20,000 nucleotides of DNA from the IMG/VR virus record IMGVR_UViG_3300046697_000351, positions 52,328-72,327 of that record; one strand, 5' to 3'. The notes below the pieces were generated by a model, which ran no database searches, was not told the origin of the DNA, and saw nothing but the letters and a program-made list of their open reading frames with translations. This DNA comes from an uncultured virus (IMG/VR IMGVR_UViG_3300046697_000351). Taxonomy: Duplodnaviria > Heunggongvirae > Uroviricota > Caudoviricetes. The number at the start of each line of letters is the position of its first letter. The first letter of the stretch is position 1. Both the position numbers and the translations under genes were made by a program. This document shows, piece by piece, positions 8,801 through 16,645 of the stretch.

Positions 8801-9946
8801 AATCATGTCGAAGGGCGCGATCGTGGTTTCCCGCATGTTCGCGGTTAAGATGCTCAGGGTCCGAGCCGGGATCGCCGACCCGCGCGTGGTCGTTGATCCG
8901 CTAGACACCTGCTTCTCAAGGTTCGCCATGTTAAAGACGTCATTGACCTGGAGCCCGAAGAAGAGGTCTGGAACCTGACCGTTGGCTGCCAGGGGCAAGT
9001 GGAAGGTAACGGACCCGGTGCCGGGCTGTCCCTTCCTGTTCATCGAGGTCTGCATCGAGTAGGGGCCGAGCAGGCAGTCGAGCAGGATCGGATCGTAGAA
9101 GGGTTGGAGCGCTGAGGACTTTTTCAGGACCGAGAGGTTGCTCTTGGCGTCGTTCAGCTGAGTGTTCAGGATCGCAATCTGTTGCTGGAGGTCTATTGCG
9201 AGTCCGAGTTTGTCGGTGGAAACCCCGACCAGATTTTGGAGGGCATTCAAGTTGGTGATCAAATTGCTGAGCAGCGTCCCCGTGGTCTGCTGTCCGGGGA
9301 TTGCCGAGGTCCCGATGCTATTAATAAAGGCACTGGCGACGTTGTTCTTGATCAGAGTCGTGAGCGCATCCTCTATGGCTGTACATGTGTTCTGGATGTC
9401 GGCCATCGGCAATGGTATGGTGTTTGATATTGAAGTCACGTTGTTTAAGGTCGTCTGGAAATTTGAAGAGGCCTGGGAAAGAGGGGACGGTGCAGTCGGG
9501 CTACTCGGAATCGAGTTGAAATTATTTATGTTCGTAACCAACTTCGGGTAGAATGCGAGGTCGGTCTGGAGCTGGTTCTGCTGCGCCGTGCTGAGGCTGA
9601 ACTCGGAGGGGTTTATTGATAGGCCAGCCAACTCATTTTTGAAACTGGTTAACTGGGCGCTCAGGCTCGCCACGTTCGCGATTGCCTTTGCGAGGTTGTC
9701 CTCGAATTCGGTGGCCACGGACCTAGCCTTGATCGTGACCTGCTTATTAAACTGCGTTGGCTGATACGATGCAAAGGCCTGTTTTATCTGCTTATCCGAG
9801 GGCATCGTCACGTCCTGGGAATAGGCCGAACCCGTGATCTGGCTCGGGGCGAGCGTAACGCCAGGAACATAGGTCAGCTCTCCGGGGACCAGGAGCCTCC
9901 GGAAGAAGACCTTGATGTCCGGTTGCGGCGTGATCACGTTCGGCAT
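5858..9946 (-). CDS. Large baseplate hub protein (gp27 / P2 gpD-like core) with coiled-coil, S/T-rich and C-terminal Ig extensions
   Basis: 1362 aa. Hub motifs: PFDMIQIWARR..YYPIFTGFVTK..VDGED, TKWEVCAQIAEVQEFEWYADNMG, ATVTINGTPELRL, YYISTINHSYTQGKDFTTTLGLTHGR. The C-terminal GLPEGLSINKYTGEISG..IATNSSG is He_PIG-like. Confidence 0.8.
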   Translation of the reverse strand: MPNVITPQPDIKVFFRRLLVPGELTYVPGVTLAPSQITGSAYSQDVTMPSDKQIKQAFASYQPTQFNKQVTIKARSVATEFEDNLAKAIANVASLSAQLTSFKNELAGLSINPSEFSLSTAQQNQLQTDLAFYPKLVTNINNFNSIPSSPTAPSPLSQASSNFQTTLNNVTSISNTIPLPMADIQNTCTAIEDALTTLIKNNVASAFINSIGTSAIPGQQTTGTLLSNLITNLNALQNLVGVSTDKLGLAIDLQQQIAILNTQLNDAKSNLSVLKKSSALQPFYDPILLDCLLGPYSMQTSMNRKGQPGTGSVTFHLPLAANGQVPDLFFGLQVNDVFNMANLEKQVSSGSTTTRGSAIPARTLSILTANMRETTIAPFDMIQIWARRRYSVSANFPTDYYPIFTGFVTKTSVSYSGSTVAVKVDGEDVGRMVRLARINIDPQLDTTLNSLGLQTTVFGSSLIAAENQPNNLTGGEMVQSVIQGQTGSILGMSNATFVATTVNVQSGPGYMPATVMTATSTSASATALSNQATTPAPVLAIPGTTPTASTAATSTATNAAATKSTTTSTVSIGNQVVNLAWDFKDIKVNIFNDLANNWPPYATQLRDAFRMWETDELTKWEVCAQIAEVQEFEWYADNMGVLNYHPPLYYLNPFAPQYYIEDIDIISEAHSVDEKAVVTVMELDTQPSFFANGSTIDPIIQGRSFVQTSTPVLQRYAVRYQKKSSPIFSGTTPPPSGQVGPSQANQGDQYNVDQGRASYCRALLNRRNAELKSATVTINGTPELRLCNTVAFVGNLGGALQSVSLNPFATSAPGVSLPANSTVSTATSTSTAPSTTTPNSTLTSLQQMLVYYISTINHSYTQGKDFTTTLGLTHGRHWTDALPSGSVGYGTSGPQTDETYTSMCNFYGQGNAAVNATNFVSVASAKLNFIATGNPAALNPGTSSQFGFTCQPVKASATRTFITKISAVLSTSVIRSALCNKQSKKKNPKQSKPRIVAARSQAWSSVVTAYNNAVTDIENAPGKIWNFLKDVKNKGPELVAAYLTKLNNFIGKEINSAEQELAALIANPEVLAFKAYLGSSKIKFVLRETFPTGDILQKTGASAFLAPLQQAGIDTTPIISFKFPIAAYIYVAQSPYSLGHALEVVAAQAIIADLPEFLGNTIKGVPTIWINTNSFLPSAIDRNHVSISTPSAPPASVPPSFTSMLSSFLGAAPSSAAPGSSRLPAPVITSQLSASAKVGVPFTYAIVALNNPTSYNALGLPEGLSINKYTGEISGVLTSSSAPAARSVPTTTTYSAPVGPSAAITTSTVMSGQTNTINFTIIATNSSGSVQKNLSLTVTPSNQLTQQYYIMGLAIAYIDPKC

Positions 9947-9947
9947 A

Positions 9948-10688
9948 TTAGAAGAGCTGGACCCCCCAGCCGCTGCCGTACTGAACGGGAGACGCTGCGA
10001 TCGCGCTTATGTTAGTTTTATTGATGTTGCCGAGCTTGTTCATGTTGATGAGATTCGCTGCCGTCGTCGCGATGTTGCTGCTGAGGACAGAAGTCACGTT
10101 CTTGGTCACGGTAAACGTGAAGCTATAGGTAAACTGGTACGGGACGTCGGCGCTAAGGCTATAGGAAAAATCGTTGAAGTACCCGTTCAGGACCTGACTC
10201 TCGTATAGCATGGAAAGGATCGGGTTACCGAGGAATGGCTGGGCATCGTTGAATCGGCTCTGGTAGCACTGGCGCTTGAGCAGCTCGAACGCGGCCAGAG
10301 GTTGCTTGCTGACCTGGAAGTAGGCGGTGGCCGCCGTCACGGTTATGATCTCAAGGTCGTGGCCCCAAAACTGGACGACGAAGCCGCCGCGCGTTGGTTT
10401 CTTGTCCAGGAGTACGTTCTTCTTTACCTCTATCGTCTTCGGGTTCAGGTAGAGTTGGACCACGGGGTTCTGGACCTGCCCCAGCAAGAAGTCTGCGGAG
10501 TTGAAATTTGCGGTCAGGCTGCTGAAGTTCTTCAGCTGGCTGGCGCTGGGGACGGCGGCCTTCAGGAAATTGGTGGCATTCTGCCCGACCTGGGCCGTCA
10601 AGCCGTTGGCTCCTAGGGTCGCGACCACGAGGTCGGTGAACGCCATCTTCGTCACGTGGAGGCTGGATGCTGTCGGGATTATGGCCAT
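9948..10688 (-). CDS. Tail tube initiator / baseplate protein
   Basis: 246 aa directly after the tape measure gene. LYLNPKTIEVKK..TRGGFVVQFWG..I and GYFNDFSYSLSADVPYQFTYSFTFTV are typical of tube-fold baseplate proteins of large myoviruses. Confidence 0.7.
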   Translation of the reverse strand: MAIIPTASSLHVTKMAFTDLVVATLGANGLTAQVGQNATNFLKAAVPSASQLKNFSSLTANFNSADFLLGQVQNPVVQLYLNPKTIEVKKNVLLDKKPTRGGFVVQFWGHDLEIITVTAATAYFQVSKQPLAAFELLKRQCYQSRFNDAQPFLGNPILSMLYESQVLNGYFNDFSYSLSADVPYQFTYSFTFTVTKNVTSVLSSNIATTAANLINMNKLGNINKTNISAIAASPVQYGSGWGVQLF

Positions 10689-10690
10689 AT

Positions 10691-12622
10691 CTATACCGAG
10701 TAGATGGCTCTGCTGGCTTGTTCTGTTATTTTATCTGCCAGCTCGGAACACGCTAGTTTTATGTCGTCGCCTATTTCCCGACGACTCGCACCCACCGTGA
10801 CATGAGCTTGAACATGTATGGTGGTGGTCGACGATCCGGCTTCTTCCTTGATATACCCAACAGGAGAGCGTGGCATTGGTTTTCTGGTACCGAATTTCTT
10901 ATCCGGATTCGGATCACTGGTAAATATCATCGGTTCCCAACTTCCTTCCGGATGTTCTTTCCTTTCTTTTTGTTCGCGGGCCGCTTCATTCCATCCGTTC
11001 TTGAATCCCTCTCCGAAAGAAGTGGTACCGATACCTGTGTTGGGAACCATTTTCTTTGGATTTTCAGCAAAATCCCCTGCTTTTTTCATGGCCGATACTA
11101 ACCCTTCCCTACCAAGTATCCCAAGTTCCCTATCTATTTCCAGTATCCTATCCGATAATTTCCTGGCAGAATCAGCAGCTTTTTCACCAGCTGTTGAAAG
11201 ATTTTTTAGTGCGACTGTGGAAGCATCGCGCTGCTTATCCATGGTGTCGGCTACGGATTCTTTTCTGGTTAGATCGAGTTTTTCTGGATGCTCAAATTGC
11301 TTCTGATATTCTTCCGGGCTTGCCAGAGGGGAGCCCGAGAAAAGGTCATAGAGTTTTTGGAATACCAGCAGTTGATTTTGCCCGCCCATTTCCTTGGCCA
11401 TGGTCTGGGCTAATCCGGCAGCCCCCCCAGATGCTTCGTAGGCCGATTTCCCACGATCGCTCATCATTGTGTGCAGAATCTCGTCCATGGACATGCCTTG
11501 ACGCAGGCCCATCTTGGCGGCCATGTCCGGAGAATGTTGCATTATCATCGTGGCGCGCTCGATCATTTTGTCAAAGCCACCGGCTTCCGTCGAGTATCCT
11601 GCTGCAAGTTGCTGAGCAGTCACCGTGCCACGCTGAAGTTGCTTAGCGAATGTTGACGTCAATGCCGACGCCTCATCTGCCGATCCCCCAAGGGTCTTTA
11701 TGGAATCTGATACGGAATCGAACTCCTTTGAGAATACAGTGATCCCGACACCGGCCTTGTGCGCTCCGGTCACGAACGACGCATAGGCGCTATCCATGGC
11801 TGGTCCAGATAGCTGGAATTGAGTTCCGAGTCTCGACACTATCTCAGTGCTTCTGCCTAGTTCTAATCCATTGGCAGAGTGCATCAGGGCTGCCAATCCA
11901 ACAGAATGGGCAAGAGCATCGGTCGCCGCCTGACCGCGAGACATGCTTGACGTTGTGGCCCCAACAGCTATTCCGGCCTCAGAGAAAGATTGAGCCATCT
12001 TTGCCGCTTGTTCCTGTTCTATGTTGAGCTGGGTTCCAGCTGATATCATGCTATCAGCCATCGTCTTAAACCCAAGTCCGGTTTCTTCGGCGGAGCCGCC
12101 CATTGCCAGAACAGATTCCCCGGCTGCTCTTTGAGCCATAGTCGCGTCATCAGCTGCCCTGACCTGGGCGGTCAAGGCATTAGCGGCTGCGGCAGCTATT
12201 GTCGCAAGGGGCGCCATCTCAGGAACTAATGCGCTGATGGTTGTCGCCAGACCATTCGCCACATTATCTATAGCGTTTCCCAAATTCCTGGTTAAGGCTG
12301 TTCCTGTTGTTACCGTGACCGCATTGATCACCGACGAGATTGTGTTCAGAGCCGACTCGGTGGCAGAGACTGCTGTTGCCAGTTGCCGCAGCTTCTTGTC
12401 TGACTCCTCCCTAGTTTTCCTCTCGGCATCGGTAGCATGGAGCATCTTCCCTAGGGACTCCGAGACCTTGTCCATGGCATCGGCAGCCCGGCCCATCGCG
12501 TCCGAGGCCTTCCCCGTATTCTCGGAAGCGCTCTCCACGGATTTGATGTAGTCTTCCAGTTTTGGGTTCGAGGGCATCAGCGACCCCGGCCCCGGCATAT
12601 TCGGCACTTCCGGATCAGCCAC
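10691..12622 (-). CDS. Tape measure protein
   Basis: 643 aa, Ala/Ser/Gly/Met-rich and predicted helical. It follows the tail assembly chaperone and has a GTG start with GAGGAGG 6 nt upstream. Confidence 0.8.
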   Translation of the reverse strand: MADPEVPNMPGPGSLMPSNPKLEDYIKSVESASENTGKASDAMGRAADAMDKVSESLGKMLHATDAERKTREESDKKLRQLATAVSATESALNTISSVINAVTVTTGTALTRNLGNAIDNVANGLATTISALVPEMAPLATIAAAAANALTAQVRAADDATMAQRAAGESVLAMGGSAEETGLGFKTMADSMISAGTQLNIEQEQAAKMAQSFSEAGIAVGATTSSMSRGQAATDALAHSVGLAALMHSANGLELGRSTEIVSRLGTQFQLSGPAMDSAYASFVTGAHKAGVGITVFSKEFDSVSDSIKTLGGSADEASALTSTFAKQLQRGTVTAQQLAAGYSTEAGGFDKMIERATMIMQHSPDMAAKMGLRQGMSMDEILHTMMSDRGKSAYEASGGAAGLAQTMAKEMGGQNQLLVFQKLYDLFSGSPLASPEEYQKQFEHPEKLDLTRKESVADTMDKQRDASTVALKNLSTAGEKAADSARKLSDRILEIDRELGILGREGLVSAMKKAGDFAENPKKMVPNTGIGTTSFGEGFKNGWNEAAREQKERKEHPEGSWEPMIFTSDPNPDKKFGTRKPMPRSPVGYIKEEAGSSTTTIHVQAHVTVGASRREIGDDIKLACSELADKITEQASRAIYSV

Positions 12623-13402
12623 GTTCAGCCTCCTCTGCCCACTTCTTCCTCAGCTTCGCCAGGGCCACAGGGCCCTCGGCGTCGACCTTTCTTCCGTTCG
12701 TGATCAGCTCCTGTACCCGGCGCTCATGATCGAAGTCCACTATCTTTTTTACCTTCACCTGCGTGCTGCCCGCAGCCGTCTTCGACATCGACGAGGTCTC
12801 CGTCACCGGCTTCTCCGGGGTCGGGTCATCGTCGCTACCGCCCCCGCACATGATCCTGGAGATGGCCTCTACGACTTGCCTGGCCTTCTCCCACTCCCGG
12901 TGATCCTCCATGATAGCGCACCGGATGTACATGCGTCTCTGCCACTGCGGCAGCCGGTAGAACTGGTCGAAACCTCCGAGACCCAGCGCCCCGACTACTT
13001 TCCAGCACCAGTAGAGGTAGTCGGGGTCGGTGCGTTTTTTTCGAGCGCCGCGACGGCCTGGTCCCTCTTGGCCTCCAACTTAACCAATTCCTCGTATACC
13101 CGGTTGATCACCGGTGGGTGCCACTTATAGATCAGCTTCCTGGCCTTGCCCAGCTCCGTCAGGTTCTGGGACTTCTCCTCTTCCGTCACGGAAAAAGGCA
13201 CGCCGTCGATCGTGCTGATCGCGCGTGCCAATTTCTCGATCTTGAGGACGTGCTCTTTGGCCTTGTCCGCGAAGGGCGTGGCAGCGGCATGGGCCATGAC
13301 CTCCGCGTCCGAGTCCAGCGTCTGCATCGCGAACTTGTGCCCGAGTACGGTCGGCGCGTCCTTGACGCTTCCGATTGCGGCCAATTCTTCTGCGGGAATC
13401 AT
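12615..13402 (-). CDS. Tail assembly chaperone long form (G-T type, about 262 aa) produced by -1 frameshift at 13034-13040
   Basis: The -1 frame is open from 13079 to the TGA at 12615 and has no ATG until 12932. The slip gives ...LEK(N/K)RTDPDYLYWCWKVVGALGLGGFDQFYRLPQWQRRMYIRC..., joining the track ORF 12615..12932. Confidence 0.8.
12989..13040 (-). promoter_or_regulatory. Programmed -1 ribosomal frameshift signal (slippery heptamer plus stimulatory stem-loop)
   Basis: mRNA: GAA AAA AAC (A AAA AAC, 13040-13034), then a 7-nt spacer GCACCGA, then CCCCGACUAC (13026-13017), an 18-nt loop, and GUAGUCGGGG (12998-12989), forming a perfect 10-bp stem. Confidence 0.85.
12995..13402 (-). CDS. Tail assembly chaperone short form (gpG-like)
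   Basis: 135 aa between tube and tape measure, charged and helical, with a strong SD (TAAGGAGG). Confidence 0.8.
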   Translation of the reverse strand: MIPAEELAAIGSVKDAPTVLGHKFAMQTLDSDAEVMAHAAATPFADKAKEHVLKIEKLARAISTIDGVPFSVTEEEKSQNLTELGKARKLIYKWHPPVINRVYEELVKLEAKRDQAVAALEKNAPTPTTSTGAGK

Positions 13403-13410
13403 TAGATTTC

Positions 13411-13418
13411 CCTCCTTA
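13411..13418 (-). promoter_or_regulatory. Shine-Dalgarno of tail assembly chaperone
   Basis: TAAGGAGG, 8 nt before ATG 13402. Confidence 0.8.
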
Positions 13419-13464
13419 TTCTGTCGTAACTAGCCCTTTTAGGCTCCCGGCAACCGCCCACTGT

Positions 13465-14067
13465 TTAGTAGGCGATCTGATTCTGGGTCACGGTCACCTT
13501 CGACTGCGCCGTCGACGTGTTCTGCGCGCTGATGTCCATGGTCTCGACGACCAGGAGGTCCCCCGTGGCCTTGATCGGCCTGGTGTAGCGCGTGATCCAG
13601 CAGTTGTTGTAGGTCGTGATCTGCTGCGCGGTGGGGTCGACCGGGCTCTGCTCGTAGACCTTGGCCGTGAAGCCGATGGGCATGTGCGCCAGGTCGAAGA
13701 TGCTGTCCATGGTCGTGCCCTGGGCCTGTAGCCATGTCGTCAGGGCCGTCACGGTCTGAGCCATGGTCAGGCCCGCTGCGGCGCTGATCCCGGCCAGGTT
13801 CCCGCTGTCGATCGCTAGCGCCACGATATTGATCATCGTCGCGCCGTAGATCGCGATGTGCTCCAGGGCCAGGGTCACCGGCTTCGGCTGCCCCGGCGCC
13901 ATCTCCACGACGCCGACGCTCCCGATCTCGTAGATCGGGGTCACTTCTCGGGACTGAGTCTCGGTTGCTTGCCTGGCGTAGCCGATCGTGAACTGGCCGA
14001 TGGCCAGCTGCACGTTCGGGCTGAGGACTGCGTTCGTTATTGCGTGGTTTCCGGTCACGTCTGCCAT
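13465..14067 (-). CDS. Tail tube protein
   Basis: 200 aa right after the sheath. IGYARQ..REVTPIYEIG..EMAPG and TTYNNCWITRY are tube-like motifs. Strong SD GAGGAGGAG. Confidence 0.85.
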   Translation of the reverse strand: MADVTGNHAITNAVLSPNVQLAIGQFTIGYARQATETQSREVTPIYEIGSVGVVEMAPGQPKPVTLALEHIAIYGATMINIVALAIDSGNLAGISAAAGLTMAQTVTALTTWLQAQGTTMDSIFDLAHMPIGFTAKVYEQSPVDPTAQQITTYNNCWITRYTRPIKATGDLLVVETMDISAQNTSTAQSKVTVTQNQIAY

Positions 14068-14071
14068 GGTA

Positions 14072-14080
14072 CTCCTCCTC
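14072..14080 (-). promoter_or_regulatory. Shine-Dalgarno of tube gene
   Basis: GAGGAGGAG followed by TACC and ATG 14067. Confidence 0.8.
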
Positions 14081-14096
14081 TCTCAAAGATGACGGC

Positions 14097-15803
14097 TTAG
14101 GCCAGGCTCAGGTCGATCGTGAAGTTGATGAGGATGTCCAGGACCTCGCCAGCGGGCTTGTACGAGAACGACACCGTGTACTTGGTGATCGATCCCGGGT
14201 TCAGGAACGCGGACGACGGAGCAAAGGCCAAGATATCGCCGGAGGCGATCCTGGTCGTCAGGTACAAGTCCGTGATGTCCTCGATCTCGGACGGGACCGT
14301 GGGGCTGCCGCGTTGGCCCAGGACCTGGCGCCGCAGCTCGTTGCGCAGACCCGAGATCATGTCGTCCCTAGTCTCCACCGTGGGGATGCTCTTCTCGATG
14401 TCGCTGGAGATGTCGACGGTGACGTCGTTGGCCGTGGTTACGACCCCGCTGAAGCTCTCCAGGACCATGCCGCCGTTGTCGTCCATGGTGTCCATCTGCA
14501 CGGGGTTGAACACGGTCACGAAGTCGTCGAAGACGGGGATGATCACGTTGAGTTCGGTCAGCGACACCTGCTGCGTGCTCCGGTACGCCGCGAGGGCAAC
14601 GGCCACGTACGAGCCGTCGAGCGTGAGTTCCAACGCCGCGTTGTTGGACACGATCGACAGCTGCGGGTCGTAGTTGCAGGCGATGGTCAAGCGGCAGTTG
14701 TTGATGGCGTTGAAGCCCTGAAGCGCGGAGATCAGGGAGTTGTACGTGGAGTTGTTCTTGAGACCGGCGTAGCACCGGCGCTCGGACAGGAACTGCGGGT
14801 CCGCCATCTGGATGCAGTGCGCGAAGCACGCGGCGATCACGGGGTTCACGGACCCGTCCGCGAGGTTCCCGATCAGGGGCACGATGTAGTAGGGCTTGAT
14901 CCCGGCCACCGGCTGCTGGAGCTTGAGCAGCGCCGCCTGGAAGTCGGCCAGGGTCGGGGCGCCGGGGGTCGCGGGCGTGATCTGGCACAAGATCAACTGG
15001 CTGGCGCCGATCCCGGGGTCCATCGCGATCTGGGCGGCCATGGACAGCTGCGAGGCTGGGTCCAAGGTCCCGGGGCTGATCACGGACGTGATGGGTCCGT
15101 ACTGGGATATGATCGGACCGAGGTTTCCTCCGGAGAAGTACATCGGGACGTAGTCGGAGGCGACCTTGGCATAGGTGTAGGTTGTCCAATACACGGCATC
15201 CGCCGCCGGTCCGTGACCCGCGATCCAGACGATGCCGGTGGGCCCCAGGACGTAGTCAGTGCCCAGGGCGTAGTCGGTCGTGGTCTGGAAGTTGCCGACG
15301 CGGGTGATCACCAGCGGGGGGTGAGCCAGGGTATCGGTGCTGCCGACGGGCACGGGGTCCGTCGCCACGATCCCGGTGTCGCTGAAGGTCAGGCCCGTTA
15401 CTTGACCGATCAGGCCGAGGCCGAGGGTCGCGGGGGAGTCGCCCTCGACCGTGCGGTAGACGTTGTAGCCGATGGCGCCGGGGATCGCGGTCCAGGACAG
15501 GGCATTGTAGTTCGTTTTGCTGAGCACGGCGTTGCCCGAGGACGTGGTCGCGCCTGCGGAGGCCACGCTCTCTCCGCCGGGGTTGGCGGCGGTGATGACG
15601 TAGGTCCAGGTCGCGGTTCCGGCAGTGCCCATGACCGTCAGGGTCTGAGACGCGGGGGGCAGGAGTCCGAAGCGAGTGTCCTCCTCCGTGACCGTGAACG
15701 TGGTCGACCCCTCTCCGATGATGGCCAGGACCCTCTGGGAAGCCGAGGTCGGGGCTCCGGTCGGGGACGGCGTGTACTGACTCGTGACTCTAGGCAATGC
15801 CAT
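14097..15803 (-). CDS. Contractile tail sheath protein with inserted accessory domains
   Basis: 568 aa. N-terminal MALPRV..Y..RVLAIIGEG, central HCIQM..ERR..G and YVAVALA, C-terminal YTVSFSYKP..LDILINFTI are sheath motifs. SD AGGAGG. Confidence 0.92.
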   Translation of the reverse strand: MALPRVTSQYTPSPTGAPTSASQRVLAIIGEGSTTFTVTEEDTRFGLLPPASQTLTVMGTAGTATWTYVITAANPGGESVASAGATTSSGNAVLSKTNYNALSWTAIPGAIGYNVYRTVEGDSPATLGLGLIGQVTGLTFSDTGIVATDPVPVGSTDTLAHPPLVITRVGNFQTTTDYALGTDYVLGPTGIVWIAGHGPAADAVYWTTYTYAKVASDYVPMYFSGGNLGPIISQYGPITSVISPGTLDPASQLSMAAQIAMDPGIGASQLILCQITPATPGAPTLADFQAALLKLQQPVAGIKPYYIVPLIGNLADGSVNPVIAACFAHCIQMADPQFLSERRCYAGLKNNSTYNSLISALQGFNAINNCRLTIACNYDPQLSIVSNNAALELTLDGSYVAVALAAYRSTQQVSLTELNVIIPVFDDFVTVFNPVQMDTMDDNGGMVLESFSGVVTTANDVTVDISSDIEKSIPTVETRDDMISGLRNELRRQVLGQRGSPTVPSEIEDITDLYLTTRIASGDILAFAPSSAFLNPGSITKYTVSFSYKPAGEVLDILINFTIDLSLA

Positions 15804-16644
15804 GGTAATCCTCCTGTGGTTTTTTGATCAGTGAATGCTCAGCCTTCCCCGATACGGATATCTCTGAAACGGTTTCCAGGTACTGGGCGGCTGCCGCCCA
15901 CTCAATGGCGACGGAGACGCTGAGCTTGGACTGGTAGATTTGGTCGGCCCCGTACGGGGCCTGGGCGAATCCGGCGTGGGCGACGTCCAGGACTATGACC
16001 CCGTGCTTGCGCAGCTCCCGCTTCTTCTCGATCCACATTATGGCCATGGCCCGATCCGTGAGCAGGTCCCGGGCCTGCGTGTTCCGGGCCGAGGCCGTGA
16101 CCTCCATGGTCATGTCGTAGAAGCCGCCGAAGACCATACCCGTGGGATGATGCGGGGAGGAGGCCCGGAAATTCTTGGCCGGGAACTCCTCGGGGCCGAT
16201 CCTAGTCCCGAGCAGGGTCACGAAGTGGATGACCTTCCCCTCCGCCCTCTTCTCCTCGACTTTGAGCGAAAACTTGGGCCTCGGCTCCATCGCGGAGTGG
16301 TCACCGGCGTAGCCGAGGACTATGTCGTCTCCCGGGGTCGTGATCAGGGGCAGGTCGAAGACCCTCCTCGTGGCCGTGCCCCCGGGCTCCTCGACCAGGG
16401 CCAGCCCGAAGTAGTTTCCCATGGCGTCCCCGATGCCCATGCGCCGGAACTTGCCCGGCTTCCCGGTGACGGTCAGGCACGGGAAGTCCCGGACCTGATA
16501 GCCCCAGGCGTCGAGGACGATCGACTCCTCTGACCGCGACGGGCCCGTCTTGTCGGGCTGGAACAGGGCGTCGGAGGACAGGGCCCGGCGCAGGGTCGAG
16601 ATCACGATCCTGGTCGCCGCGAAGGAGAGGTGGATTTCAGCCAT
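15790..16644 (-). CDS. Tail terminator / completion protein
   Basis: 284 aa immediately upstream of the sheath. The FPCLTVT and VTASARNTQARDLLTD patterns are typical of terminator-like neck proteins. Confidence 0.6.
   Translation of the reverse strand: MAEIHLSFAATRIVISTLRRALSSDALFQPDKTGPSRSEESIVLDAWGYQVRDFPCLTVTGKPGKFRRMGIGDAMGNYFGLALVEEPGGTATRRVFDLPLITTPGDDIVLGYAGDHSAMEPRPKFSLKVEEKRAEGKVIHFVTLLGTRIGPEEFPAKNFRASSPHHPTGMVFGGFYDMTMEVTASARNTQARDLLTDRAMAIMWIEKKRELRKHGVIVLDVAHAGFAQAPYGADQIYQSKLSVSVAIEWAAAAQYLETVSEISVSGKAEHSLIKKPQEDYHGIA
15810..15815 (-). promoter_or_regulatory. Shine-Dalgarno of sheath gene
   Basis: AGGAGG, 6 nt before ATG 15803. Confidence 0.8.
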
Positions 16645-16645
16645 G

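Noticed and set aside
12615..12932. Independent 105-aa gene starting at ATG 12932
   Set aside because: No SD, and the frame reads as plausible protein 34 codons further upstream to the slippery site. It is better explained as the frameshift extension.
13439..14086. 215-aa alternative minus-strand ORF overlapping the tube gene (and 14368..15189 within the sheath)
   Set aside because: Arg/Gly/Pro-rich off-frame translations typical of GC-rich DNA. The SD and motifs support the tube and sheath frames.
14040..15827. 595-aa plus-strand ORF (also 18123..19469, 2141..2830 and other plus-strand ORFs)
   Set aside because: These are antisense shadows of real minus-strand genes with high GC3. Their Arg/Gly/Val/Asp-rich translations have no recognisable motifs.
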